64,000 nt of DNA from Candidatus Aenigmatarchaeota archaeon (GCA_016931255.1 JAFGFG010000001.1:30961-94960), one strand, 5' to 3'; shown: positions 9,870 through 18,948, numbered from the stretch's first letter. Notes: a model not told the origin generated them from the sequence alone. Translations and numbers: made by a program.

Positions 9870-10235
9870 ATGAGCAAGAATCTTACCATAGGCGAGAACA
9901 GCAGGGGGGACGTCGTCCTTATAATGGACATGCACGACGGCAACAGTATGAGGTCATGGAGGTCGTACATTCCTGGAGACTTTCCCGGAGACATGATAGA
10001 CGACGATGTGTCATATTCAATCGTGCATGATATGCTCGAGAAAGGGTATTATGACATCGAGATGCCTACCGGGCCATTTTCCGTCATCTCCCAGTTCAGG
10101 AAGTGCAGGAGGTCAGCTGAGCTCGGTCATCCGGACCTGCTGGACCCGAAGTTCTACACATACCTCCCCCTCAGCCATGACAGGATGGAGAACGCGCTGA
10201 TGACGGTCTATGACTATTTCTCGGTCCGTGTTTAG
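9870..10235 (+). CDS. Hypothetical protein
   Basis: 121-aa ORF, host-like codon usage. Confidence 0.6.
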   Translation: MSKNLTIGENSRGDVVLIMDMHDGNSMRSWRSYIPGDFPGDMIDDDVSYSIVHDMLEKGYYDIEMPTGPFSVISQFRKCRRSAELGHPDLLDPKFYTYLPLSHDRMENALMTVYDYFSVRV

Positions 10236-10316
10236 CATGATTATGTTTAAACTCCTCTATTGCATTAAGTATCTTCTCAATTTCTCGGTCCGTGTTTAGC
10301 ATGATTATGTTTAAAC
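10216..10316. repeat. Exact 37-bp direct repeat (10216-10252, 10280-10316) enclosing 27 bp
   Basis: ATTTCTCGGTCCGTGTTTAGCATGATTATGTTTAAAC x2; spacer TCCTCTATTGCATTAAGTATCTTCTCA. Confidence 0.95.
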
Positions 10317-10351
10317 CCCTCTTTATTAGAGGATTGTCCAAAAACTAAATT

Positions 10352-10633
10352 ATGGCAGAGATGCTTCTCTATATCTTTCTTGCCGGCTTTCTCGGAGGAA
10401 TAATAAGGGGACTCGTAGGAATAACCAAGTACATAACCGGAACCCCGACGAAGAAAAGAAAGGTCAGAAAGGACTGGATGATACTCTCCCTCCTGAGCTC
10501 GGGCGGCCTCGGCCTCATGGCGGGTGTCTTCATAGCAGAGGACATCAAGTTCGCACTGGTCGCAGGATACGCAGGAACGGACTTTCTGGAGAGCCTGTTC
10601 AAGATAAAGATGAAGAAGGTAAACTGGGACTAG
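10352..10633 (+). CDS. Small membrane protein
   Basis: Gly-rich TM helices (AGFLGGIIRGLVG; AGYAGTDFLE). Confidence 0.75.
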   Translation: MAEMLLYIFLAGFLGGIIRGLVGITKYITGTPTKKRKVRKDWMILSLLSSGGLGLMAGVFIAEDIKFALVAGYAGTDFLESLFKIKMKKVNWD

Positions 10634-10646
10634 GAGGCGACAGACC

Positions 10647-11132
10647 ATGTCAAGGCTCCTCTGCGTCCCTCTCATGGCATTCTTAATGATAGCTCTTCCA
10701 ATGCAGGCCATGGGCCAGGAGATAATCGCAGTTGAAGCTGAAGGCAGTTGCCGGGATTTCGATGTAACTGTTACGGCAGCCAACCTCACCGAAGGCTGCT
10801 GGGACGTAAAGCTTGACATTCCCGGCCAGATAAACACCGGAAGCGAAAGTAACGAGGACTGGTCTTCAACATTCTACTACAAGGACAAGGCCATCTGCTA
10901 CCCGGAAACAGACGAGGTCACGCTCCAGCTGAAGCTCGACAGCCGCGACACTACAGTCATGGGCACAGCCAAGCTCCGCTTCGACTCCAGAATAATAGAA
11001 AAGGACTTTTCCATCCAGCAGTCATGCCCGCCTCCGGCAGAACCCCTTTCCGGTGAATGGTCAATCATAGTTTCAATCGTAGTCATCCTCATCTTCGGCT
11101 GGCTCATCACATGGTGGTGGAAGGGCAAGTGA
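10647..11132 (+). CDS. Secreted/membrane-anchored protein with WWWK tail; paralog of 18..545
   Basis: EAEGSCRDFDVTVTAANLTEGCWDV vs EASGTCMDFTVTVHAANLTGCWDI; AGGAGG SD. Confidence 0.8.
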   Translation: MSRLLCVPLMAFLMIALPMQAMGQEIIAVEAEGSCRDFDVTVTAANLTEGCWDVKLDIPGQINTGSESNEDWSSTFYYKDKAICYPETDEVTLQLKLDSRDTTVMGTAKLRFDSRIIEKDFSIQQSCPPPAEPLSGEWSIIVSIVVILIFGWLITWWWKGK

Positions 11133-11182
11133 GGCTTTTCAGGTCCTAATAATCTTTAAAAATCTTTATCATAATTAATCTT

Positions 11183-11353
11183 ATGAAAATTACGAGGAAT
11201 TCACTGAATTCTGTTGGTCCGGGAACCGCAGGCATAGTACAGAGGATTGAGTCCAGGTACGGGCTTGATGCTCCGGGCATGGAAACGACTCTCAGTTCCA
11301 CGTTCGTTCTGAGCAGGAACTACGTCATGTCGTGCGGCCATAACCAGTACTAG
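11183..11353 (+). CDS. Putative RiPP precursor peptide (56 aa), not in the ORF track
   Basis: MKITRNSLNSVGPGTAGIVQRIESRYGLDAPGMETTLSSTFVLSRNYVMSCGHNQY*; TTTAAAA box upstream; ends 20 nt before the radical SAM gene. Confidence 0.7.
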   Translation: MKITRNSLNSVGPGTAGIVQRIESRYGLDAPGMETTLSSTFVLSRNYVMSCGHNQY

Positions 11354-11373
11354 AAGCCAGGGGAACCTTCAGA

Positions 11374-12471
11374 ATGAAAGCGGACAGTAGTAAATACGTC
11401 GCACCTTATTCATGCTATTTGAATCTTACCAGCAAGTGTAATCTCAGATGCAGGCACTGCTTCGGAAGTTATTCGGCGGAACACGAAAATGAGTTGAGTC
11501 TCAGTGAATGGAAATCCGTCATAGACGACCTTATCATGTCAAATGTGTTCTATGTCAACATATCAGGAGGCGAAGCAACTCAGAGTCCATTCTTCAGGGA
11601 ATTCATTGAATATCTCGAAGAGTCAGGAATGCATTACATACTCACGACCAACGGCGTCTTCCCCAGAGGCATCAGGGATTTCATAGCATCCGGGAAGTAT
11701 CTCATTGGCGTCAAGATAAGCCTTGACGGGCCTGATGCGGAAAGCCACTGCTACATAAGGCTTGATTCAGCCGGCAGATACAATGAAAGCGTGTTCAGGA
11801 TAACCATTGACAACATAAAGTTCTTTTCGGAAATGGGGATACCGCTGACCATCTCTACTGTTTTGCACAAAAAGAACATAGAGAAGATGGAAGAGTTCAG
11901 GAAGCTGATAAAGCAGCTCAATCCCGTCTCGTGGTTCATATCACCCATAATACCCACCGGAAGGGGTGATGACAACCGGTTCATCAGGGAGTTTTATGAT
12001 TACTTTGACAATTCCTTCTGGGACAGAATATGCAGCGATGCCAGAGAAAGCCGTATAAACGTAAGGATGATCGACATGCCTGTCGGCATTCAGGGAAAGA
12101 GCCTTTCTGCATATATGTGCCCTGCTGCCATCAACTTCTGCGAAATACATTCAGACGGGACCGTATCGCCCTGCACGCTGAGCAGGGTGTGCATACCAGA
12201 GAAATTCATGAAATTCGAGAACATAAGGGAAAAAAGCATTCAGGAGATATGGGACGGGAAAGTCTTCAGCAGGTTCAGGAGCTACATGGACAAGGGATGC
12301 GATGGATGCAGGATGCTTCCCGAATGCGGTAAGTGCATACCCCAGAGTTTCAGATACTTCGGCAACGGAACCTCACCGACACCGTTCTGCGTCAGTAACG
12401 GGAAAAAACTCGGGCTGAAAAATCTCGGTTCCTACATAAAGAAGCTTGAAGACGAATTCGGAAAGAGATGA
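11374..12471 (+). CDS. Radical SAM/SPASM domain peptide-modifying enzyme (PqqE/MftC/AlbA-like)
   Basis: CNLRCRHC, SGGE, TTNG, ISLDG; SPASM CPAA...SDGTVSPC and CX2CX5CX2CX17C. Confidence 0.9.
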   Translation: MKADSSKYVAPYSCYLNLTSKCNLRCRHCFGSYSAEHENELSLSEWKSVIDDLIMSNVFYVNISGGEATQSPFFREFIEYLEESGMHYILTTNGVFPRGIRDFIASGKYLIGVKISLDGPDAESHCYIRLDSAGRYNESVFRITIDNIKFFSEMGIPLTISTVLHKKNIEKMEEFRKLIKQLNPVSWFISPIIPTGRGDDNRFIREFYDYFDNSFWDRICSDARESRINVRMIDMPVGIQGKSLSAYMCPAAINFCEIHSDGTVSPCTLSRVCIPEKFMKFENIREKSIQEIWDGKVFSRFRSYMDKGCDGCRMLPECGKCIPQSFRYFGNGTSPTPFCVSNGKKLGLKNLGSYIKKLEDEFGKR

Positions 12472-12477
12472 TCTCAT

Positions 12478-13239
12478 ATGAAGACATTTAGCATTCATGT
12501 GAAATGGCGAAAGGACAACAACCACATATTCATATGCGACTGCAAAAGGCTTCTGGATCTCAAGATGCCGCTGGAGTATGGAAACTTCATGAAGAAGATT
12601 GACTTCGGAATCGCCGCCGGTGACCTGAAGGGCGAATATAAGAAAGCATTCTCGGACTTTGCGAAAACCGGGCTGCTTGCAGACCTTAGCGTGAGAAGCC
12701 TGACCAGAGAAGACATGCCTGCGGCAATGGACCTCATGAGCAGGGCTCTGTCCGGCAGAATGACCAGAACGCGCAGGTTCCTCTCAGACAGGCACAATAA
12801 TTTTCCTGAACTGTTCAAGGGCATATTCATCGGCAGCGAGCTGGCAGGGGCTGTCTTCGGCTTCCCCAGGAACGGCTATGTACTCATGAGCGAGATAGCT
12901 GTTGACAGAAGGTTCCGCGGACGGGGCTTCGGACGGCATCTTGCCACTGCATTCGAGAAGAATGCTTTCAGTATTCATCCCAGGATAAATGCAGGTTCAT
13001 TTGACGAGTCAGCGGGATTCTATAGCTCGCTTTCCTACAGGCCGTTCCTGCTTGCGCAGTTCCCGGGGGATGCATACACTTCCGCGGATTTCAGGGGGTA
13101 CAGTGTCTTACGCTCTTCGCGGACATTTGCTGAGATTGAGACAGAAAAAGCGGACATACGCTTCATCGGAAAGATGCGAAAGAAGTACCAAAATGCGTCA
13201 TTCCAGTATATTTTCACGAAAGTCCTTGATTCCAGCTGA
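12478..13239 (+). CDS. GNAT acetyltransferase with N-terminal putative RRE/PqqD-like domain
   Basis: Acetyl-CoA motif AVDRRFRGRGFG; N-terminal ~67 aa of beta strands then helices ending FAKTGLL. Confidence 0.75.
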   Translation: MKTFSIHVKWRKDNNHIFICDCKRLLDLKMPLEYGNFMKKIDFGIAAGDLKGEYKKAFSDFAKTGLLADLSVRSLTREDMPAAMDLMSRALSGRMTRTRRFLSDRHNNFPELFKGIFIGSELAGAVFGFPRNGYVLMSEIAVDRRFRGRGFGRHLATAFEKNAFSIHPRINAGSFDESAGFYSSLSYRPFLLAQFPGDAYTSADFRGYSVLRSSRTFAEIETEKADIRFIGKMRKKYQNASFQYIFTKVLDSS

Positions 13240-13264
13240 CTTCCATCAGCCTCAACCAGCCTGA

Positions 13265-13474
13265 TTATCCAAATCCCCATGGCGGTCCTTGGCTGTCGCT
13301 GCTGTTATTCGTTTTCCTGCAGTCAGGACATATCTTTGCCGTGCTGCTCGTGAAAAACTCTGCTCCGCATTTCTTGCACGTGAATATCATATCAACATCT
13401 TGGTACAGGAAGTTAAAATATCCTGACATCTCACTTACATGGTGAGATATGGGGTCAGGCGTCAAATCTGGCAC
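13265..13474 (-). CDS. Small zinc-ribbon protein
   Basis: FTCKKCGAEF...CPDCR. Confidence 0.6.
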   Translation of the reverse strand: MPDLTPDPISHHVSEMSGYFNFLYQDVDMIFTCKKCGAEFFTSSTAKICPDCRKTNNSSDSQGPPWGFG

Positions 13475-13516
13475 CTACGCCATCCAGTTTAAAAAATTTA
13501 CTATATAAAATAATAG

Positions 13517-15163
13517 ATGGATGAATCGTTGCCACCGCCTCCGCTTCCCGGGACTGGGCCGGCCGGCGATATAATCGAAAAGCTCAGCAGTGTGAATGTC
13601 ACCCAGAGCAAGCCCGGATCGAAACAAGTAAAGTACAGACCATTCTTCTCCAGCGTCATGATAAAGAGAGATGTGTCAGACGACCTCAACGTGGCCAACG
13701 GCGGAATCGTGAAGAAGAAATACGGTGATGTCAGCGTCAATGCGAGGGTCGAGGCGAGGATGGGCAGCTACACCAGGGGATGCGGCATGGGCTCCGACAA
13801 AAGCATATTTCCACTGGACTCGGATGATGCTGCCATGAGCATCCTCAGGGAGCTCTCCGACGAAGCCATCTGGGGCTGCATCGACGACTTCGAGGACAGG
13901 TATAATCAGAGCATAGGCATGAACTACAACCGTGACATATACCGATACTTCTCCAAGGAAGCGCCCGTGAAGTACAGGCAGCCCACTAGAAACCGGCAGA
14001 AAGTGGACCTTAAAGAGATAGAGGACATGCTCACCGAAGTGACCGCGAAGATGAAAGAGAAGAATGTGAACGGGTCCCGCGTATTCAATTCCATAGCGAC
14101 GTTCGGCCTGAGTGACCAGGACAGGTACCTGAAGAACTCCGAGGGAACGGACATATACACGAACTACAGGAGGTTTAACATGTTTCTCTCAGGCAGCATG
14201 AGGGACGAGAGCGCGCTCAAGAAGAACAACTCGCTCGTCTGGAACCAGTACACGATCGCAGGCATAGACATGTCCAAGATACCCAAGGCAGATGACCTGC
14301 TCGAGATCGGGGAAAGGCTCGTAGGGGAGCTTTACGACATAGCCCACGCCCCGCAGATAACAACCAACATCTATCCGGCCATAATGTGTCCCAAGAACCA
14401 CGGCGTTCTCTGGCACGAGATGGCCGGGCACTCGATGGAAGGCCACAGAATCCAGGAGAACGAGGATGGAGAGAACAATGCTAACCTCTTCAAGGGAAGA
14501 ATCGGCGAGAAGATAACCCCTGAGTTCCTTTCGCTCTGCGACGACCCGACGAGAGAGGATCTGGACGGTTTCTATCGCTTCGACGATGAAGGGATTCCTG
14601 CGCAAAGGGTCAACCTCGTTGAGAATGGCAAGCTGAAAGACTTCCTGCACTGCAGGGAGAGTGCCGGATACTTCAGGAGGCGCTCCAACGGCCACGGAAG
14701 GGCAGAAGGCGCCAACGACCCGGTAGCGAGGATGAGCAATCTCATAGTCAAATCGGACAACGAAGTAAGCTACGGGGAGCTCAAGGAGAACCTGGTCCGG
14801 GAGATAGTAAACCAGAAAAAGAGATACGGCATAATACTTGAAGGCACCATGGGCGGCCAGGTGGACACCGAGGAGGCTGTGTTCAACACATTCCCGGTAA
14901 ATCTTTACAAGGTGGACAGGAAAGGCCGCGAAAAGAGGGTCAAGGGCATCTACATAGTCGGGACCCCCAACCAGATACTGGAGAGCATAATCCAGACCAG
15001 CGACGATTACGGCTACTTCAACGGCAGCTGCGGGGCTGAATCCGGCAGAGTGCCGTCGACGGAGACGGCGCCTCATGCCCTCTTAAGGTCTCTCGAGGTC
15101 AACATGATACCGTCAGATTGCTACATAAGGGCCCCCCTGCCGATACTCAACGGCTACCGATAA
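13517..15163 (+). CDS. tldD: TldD/PmbA family zinc metalloprotease (TldD-type)
   Basis: HEMAGHSMEG, FDDEG, SNGHGRA, RMSN and C-terminal GSCG motifs. Confidence 0.88.
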   Translation: MDESLPPPPLPGTGPAGDIIEKLSSVNVTQSKPGSKQVKYRPFFSSVMIKRDVSDDLNVANGGIVKKKYGDVSVNARVEARMGSYTRGCGMGSDKSIFPLDSDDAAMSILRELSDEAIWGCIDDFEDRYNQSIGMNYNRDIYRYFSKEAPVKYRQPTRNRQKVDLKEIEDMLTEVTAKMKEKNVNGSRVFNSIATFGLSDQDRYLKNSEGTDIYTNYRRFNMFLSGSMRDESALKKNNSLVWNQYTIAGIDMSKIPKADDLLEIGERLVGELYDIAHAPQITTNIYPAIMCPKNHGVLWHEMAGHSMEGHRIQENEDGENNANLFKGRIGEKITPEFLSLCDDPTREDLDGFYRFDDEGIPAQRVNLVENGKLKDFLHCRESAGYFRRRSNGHGRAEGANDPVARMSNLIVKSDNEVSYGELKENLVREIVNQKKRYGIILEGTMGGQVDTEEAVFNTFPVNLYKVDRKGREKRVKGIYIVGTPNQILESIIQTSDDYGYFNGSCGAESGRVPSTETAPHALLRSLEVNMIPSDCYIRAPLPILNGYR

Positions 15164-15339
15164 GTAAAATGATGAAATGTTAAATCGCGAGTTTTCATTC
15201 ACTCTTTCATAATCGGTTGTTTCCCGGACACTCACGTTCTCTTCTTTCACTCGAAAAGATTCTTAAGCCAGCGATAGAATTTGCTTTCCTTCAAATGTAT
15301 TCGTTAATATTTATTAATCTCTATGACAAACCATTCAAA

Positions 15340-15513
15340 ATGGCGGAAAACTTAATTGAAAAACGAAGTGTAAGACTCATGCTGATAGGAATCATAATGG
15401 TCATCGTGGGGCTTACTGATTTATTTTACGGCCCGCTGATAGATGCAAGAGGATTCTCATTCATTGGTCTTGTATTAATCATACTTGGCCTTCTCATAAA
15501 GACCAAAAACTAA
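15340..15513 (+). CDS. Small two-TM membrane protein
   Basis: Two hydrophobic helices; ATG at 15340. Confidence 0.5.
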   Translation: MAENLIEKRSVRLMLIGIIMVIVGLTDLFYGPLIDARGFSFIGLVLIILGLLIKTKN

Positions 15514-15574
15514 CAGCCATACTTTATCCATTCTGGTACGTTACGCTTTTTAGGAAAATCTACAATAAAGCTAC

Positions 15575-16126
15575 ATGAAAGACAAGAATCGTGTCTGTCC
15601 TCTTGAGAGAGCCGGCAAACTTGATGGCAGAATGAGAAATCTTCTTCATAACCCCAAAAAGATGCTCGGAAAATACATTATGGAAGGCATGACAGTAATT
15701 GACTACGGCTGCGGCCCGGGCTTCTTCTCCGTGGCAATCGCTGAGATTGTCGGCGACAGGGGGAAGGTCCTGGCGGTTGACCTTCAGCAGGGCATGCTGG
15801 ACAGACTGAATGACAAGATACGGGGAACGCCTCTCGAAAAGAGGATAGAGCTGCACAGATGCGGCAAAGAGAGCATAGGGGTCCGCATCAGGGCAGACTT
15901 CCTGCTGGCGTTTTACCTTCTTCATGAGCTTCCGGACCAGAAAAAAGCATTGATGGAAATGAAATCCCTGCTCAGGTCTGAAGGACTGCTTTACATAGCT
16001 GAGCCCATTTTCAGGGTTTCAAAAAATGAGTTCAGGGAAACAATAGAACGCGCAGAAGGCGCAGGATTCAGAGTCATCGCAAGGCCATGGCTGTTCATGG
16101 GCAGGGCTGCAGTCCTGAAGAAGTGA
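15575..16126 (+). CDS. Class I SAM-dependent methyltransferase
   Basis: VIDYGCGPGFF motif I, AVDLQ. Confidence 0.9.
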   Translation: MKDKNRVCPLERAGKLDGRMRNLLHNPKKMLGKYIMEGMTVIDYGCGPGFFSVAIAEIVGDRGKVLAVDLQQGMLDRLNDKIRGTPLEKRIELHRCGKESIGVRIRADFLLAFYLLHELPDQKKALMEMKSLLRSEGLLYIAEPIFRVSKNEFRETIERAEGAGFRVIARPWLFMGRAAVLKK

Positions 16127-16331
16127 TTTCAAATATTATGTAACTTTTTCTGAAAACGTTCCCGCATCATACCGGTTATCAAACACAAAATCCGTACCTC
16201 CCTGAAATGTTGAAAAACACTGAGCGTAAATCCTGACACTTTCCACGTATATGCGGACATTATTTCATTTTCTTCGTGAAGAATGCCAAGGTATAATCAA
16301 TATATGACAGAAAGTATATTACTATTAATAT

Positions 16332-16475
16332 ATGGGAACAATCAAACTTTCTGGATACATTTGCGAACGTTGCGAACATAAATGGATACCTAGAAATATT
16401 GAGAGCCCGAAAGTGTGTCCAAAGTGTAAGAGTCCTTATTGGGACAAACCTAGAAAGAAGGTGAAAGTCAAATGA
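16332..16475 (+). CDS. 47-aa zinc-finger protein translationally coupled to the DNA MTase (not in the ORF track)
   Basis: MGTIKLSGYICERCEHKWIPRNIESPKVCPKCKSPYWDKPRKKVKVK*; ATGA overlap with the MTase start. Confidence 0.8.
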   Translation: MGTIKLSGYICERCEHKWIPRNIESPKVCPKCKSPYWDKPRKKVKVK

Positions 16476-17641
16476 AACCTCTCATAAAGTGGGCTGGTGG
16501 GAAGTCAAACGAAATAAAAAACATAATTGAAATTATACCTAAATTCGATAGATACATCGAACCTTTTTTCGGAGGAGGTGCATTGTTCTTCTACCTGGAG
16601 CCGAAAAAAGCAATCGTAAACGATGTGTCGAATGAATTAATCATGTTCTATTGCTCATTAAAAAATGAAGAACAGAGAGCATCATTCCGAAGAGAAATTG
16701 AAAAATATGTCAAATTCTGGGACAGAATAAATGATTACATGAGTAAATTCGGAAACTCGTTCATAACACTTTACGAAAAATACCGTTATGATAAAATAAA
16801 CGATGCGAAATTTGAGAGTGAAATCAAAAATCTTTTCAGGGAAAAGATAGTTCCATTCAATGGTCTTTTCTCTGAGAAATTCTGTCTCAACCAGACAAGC
16901 CTACTGGAAAAAATAGAGAAGAACCTTATTACAAAACTGCGGAGGGTAAAACATAAGATTGATGTCAAGAACGGATTTTCCAGGGACATGATAATTAAGA
17001 ACATAGAAACTGCATTCAGGAGCGGTTTCTATATCCATTTCAGAGATATAATGAACAAGTCGAAGCGTGGCTATATTACAATTGATGATGCAAAGAAGAT
17101 CGCTAATTATTACTTTGTCAGGGAATTCTGTTATGGTTCAATGTTCAGATTCAACAGTGATGGAGATTTCAATATACCATACGGAGGAATAGCTTACAAC
17201 ACTAAGGATTTTAGGAGAAAGGTCGGGAATCTTTTATCTGATAAAGTCAGGAGACTGTTTGAAAATACTGTAATAGATAATATGGACTTTGAAAAGTTTC
17301 TGCGAAAACATAAGCCGAAACCAAATGATTTCATCTTCTTCGACCCCCCTTACGACACCGAATTCAGCGGATACGAAGAAAACCCCTTCAATAAGAAAGA
17401 CCAAGAGAGGCTCGCAGAATGTATTTTAGATATACCTTCAAAGTTCATCCTCATCATAAAGGAAACTGATTTCATCCGTAAACTGTATGATAATAAAAAT
17501 TTTCAAGACCGTGGCGTGAAGATCGTATCATTCGGGAAGAAATACGCATATAACGTAAAAGGAAGAAATGAAAGGGATGTCACACATCTGATAATACACA
17601 ATCTAAATCCAAACAATGTTAGCCTAAATAAGTTTTTTTAA
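16472..17641 (+). CDS. Dam/D12-class N6-adenine DNA methyltransferase with a large internal insertion
   Basis: KWAGGK, YIEPFFGGGA, FFDPPY. Confidence 0.92.
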   Translation: MKPLIKWAGGKSNEIKNIIEIIPKFDRYIEPFFGGGALFFYLEPKKAIVNDVSNELIMFYCSLKNEEQRASFRREIEKYVKFWDRINDYMSKFGNSFITLYEKYRYDKINDAKFESEIKNLFREKIVPFNGLFSEKFCLNQTSLLEKIEKNLITKLRRVKHKIDVKNGFSRDMIIKNIETAFRSGFYIHFRDIMNKSKRGYITIDDAKKIANYYFVREFCYGSMFRFNSDGDFNIPYGGIAYNTKDFRRKVGNLLSDKVRRLFENTVIDNMDFEKFLRKHKPKPNDFIFFDPPYDTEFSGYEENPFNKKDQERLAECILDIPSKFILIIKETDFIRKLYDNKNFQDRGVKIVSFGKKYAYNVKGRNERDVTHLIIHNLNPNNVSLNKFF

Positions 17642-17729
17642 TAGAGTCTTCAAGAAGTCCTGCAATCAGTCTTTTTGTTCTGCATTTTTTCGAGGATGAT
17701 TAAACTTCCTTAAGCGAATTAAAAGTTCG

Positions 17730-18446
17730 TTAAGACATTAATATCGCTTTTAGCTTTTCAATTGAAAGCATTTCTCCTCTTTTGCGATGAATCATTTTGT
17801 GGCAGTTCGAGCATAATGGAGAGACCTTCTCCAAAGCCTCGTCCAGCGTTGTCTGGCTACCAGTTATCTCCATCTCGTGAACTGGTTCCTTGTGATGTAT
17901 TTCTATGAAGCCCTTCCCGTGTTCACCATATCTGTTCTCGAAGTCGAAACCACAAGCTTCGCACGGCAACCTGCCGCTGTTCCTATTTTTGAACTCCATC
18001 ACCGCAACGCTCCTGAGCTTCTGGGAACGCTCATGCTGGCTGGTCGTCCTTACCTCCATCGCACCTTCCTCTATGATGATGCCCGAGAAATCGGCATCTA
18101 TCACCTTTTCTATCTGGCGTTTCTTGAAGCCCTGAGACTTCATAGACTCAAAAACGGGCTTGTTTTCCTCCACATAACCCAATCTCCTGTCGGTGATTTT
18201 CCATATGCCGCCAGCGATATATTCGGCAAGCCCACTGATTGTCAGAGTGTCGTGAGATTTCAGGTTTCTGACTTTCTGGCTGAAATATGTATCATTCCTG
18301 TTGCTTATTGTCTCTGCGTCATGCCCTGTCGGTTGCAACCTCTTCCCAAGCTCACTTATCAATTGGGCAGTAGTCACGTTGTTCGGATAATGACTTTTCA
18401 TTATCTCAAGGGCAGGAATAATCAAGTCCTGCTCGGTGTAAACCAT
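17730..18446 (-). CDS. HNH restriction-like endonuclease with N-terminal winged-helix (Mrr_N-like) domain
   Basis: CEACGFDF...FIEIHH...LCSNCHKMIH. Confidence 0.85.
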   Translation of the reverse strand: MVYTEQDLIIPALEIMKSHYPNNVTTAQLISELGKRLQPTGHDAETISNRNDTYFSQKVRNLKSHDTLTISGLAEYIAGGIWKITDRRLGYVEENKPVFESMKSQGFKKRQIEKVIDADFSGIIIEEGAMEVRTTSQHERSQKLRSVAVMEFKNRNSGRLPCEACGFDFENRYGEHGKGFIEIHHKEPVHEMEITGSQTTLDEALEKVSPLCSNCHKMIHRKRGEMLSIEKLKAILMS

Positions 18447-18480
18447 AATTTTTATATGTGACGGATATTTAAAATCTAAT

Positions 18481-18819
18481 ATGGGAAGAGCCGCAAATTA
18501 CGGTGCAGACAGAGGGAAACTGAAAGCGTGGGCAGACCAAGAGAGGCGTGTCCTCAACAACGAGAATGTGATAATCAAGGACGGGAGTGGAAGATACCCA
18601 GAATGTTTTGAAATACTGCCTTACGGATGGTGCCCGAAGCTAGAGGAAATTCCAGAGGACCCAAAAGATGTGCCGAAGACCTGCAAGGCTTGTCAGGAGT
18701 TCCTCAAAAGCAAGTTCTACGAGAAGTACTTCATGTTAGATAATTACAGGAAGAAGTTGGAACGCATGAAGTCTCTGGGTTTACCAACGATGATAGTGAA
18801 CGAGAGAAAAAGAGATTAA
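18481..18819 (+). CDS. Hypothetical Cys-containing protein
   Basis: 112-aa ORF, C..C..CKAC, divergent from the HNH gene. Confidence 0.55.
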   Translation: MGRAANYGADRGKLKAWADQERRVLNNENVIIKDGSGRYPECFEILPYGWCPKLEEIPEDPKDVPKTCKACQEFLKSKFYEKYFMLDNYRKKLERMKSLGLPTMIVNERKRD

Positions 18820-18948
18820 ATGAGACCCAGTGTTATTGGAATCTTTTGTCAACAGCTTATGCGAAAATTTCTCAGTTTAACTATTCTCTGACAATTAACG
18901 TAATGCACAGGTTCGTAACGTTACATTCCTTTTCTTAAAACTTTCTTA

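Noticed and set aside
10216..10316. CRISPR array call for the 37-bp repeat ending GTTTAAAC (and for 2378-2474)
   Set aside because: Only two copies each, the two repeats are unrelated, both derive from ordinary coding or promoter DNA, and no cas operon is adjacent. Kept as duplication scars instead.
14189..15076. 295-aa minus-strand ORF, and similar long shadows (17877, 18935, 21270, 27752, 42755, 48440)
   Set aside because: They lie opposite well-supported genes and have antisense-type composition.
15575..16126. Methyltransferase as a RiPP tailoring enzyme
   Set aside because: Generic class I MTase more than 2 kb from the operon and separately transcribed; no evidence of a link.
17620..17729. 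Possible 3' remnant of a cognate restriction endonuclease convergent on the MTase (…KRLIAGLLEDSIKKTYLG*)
   Set aside because: Too short and has no diagnostic motif.
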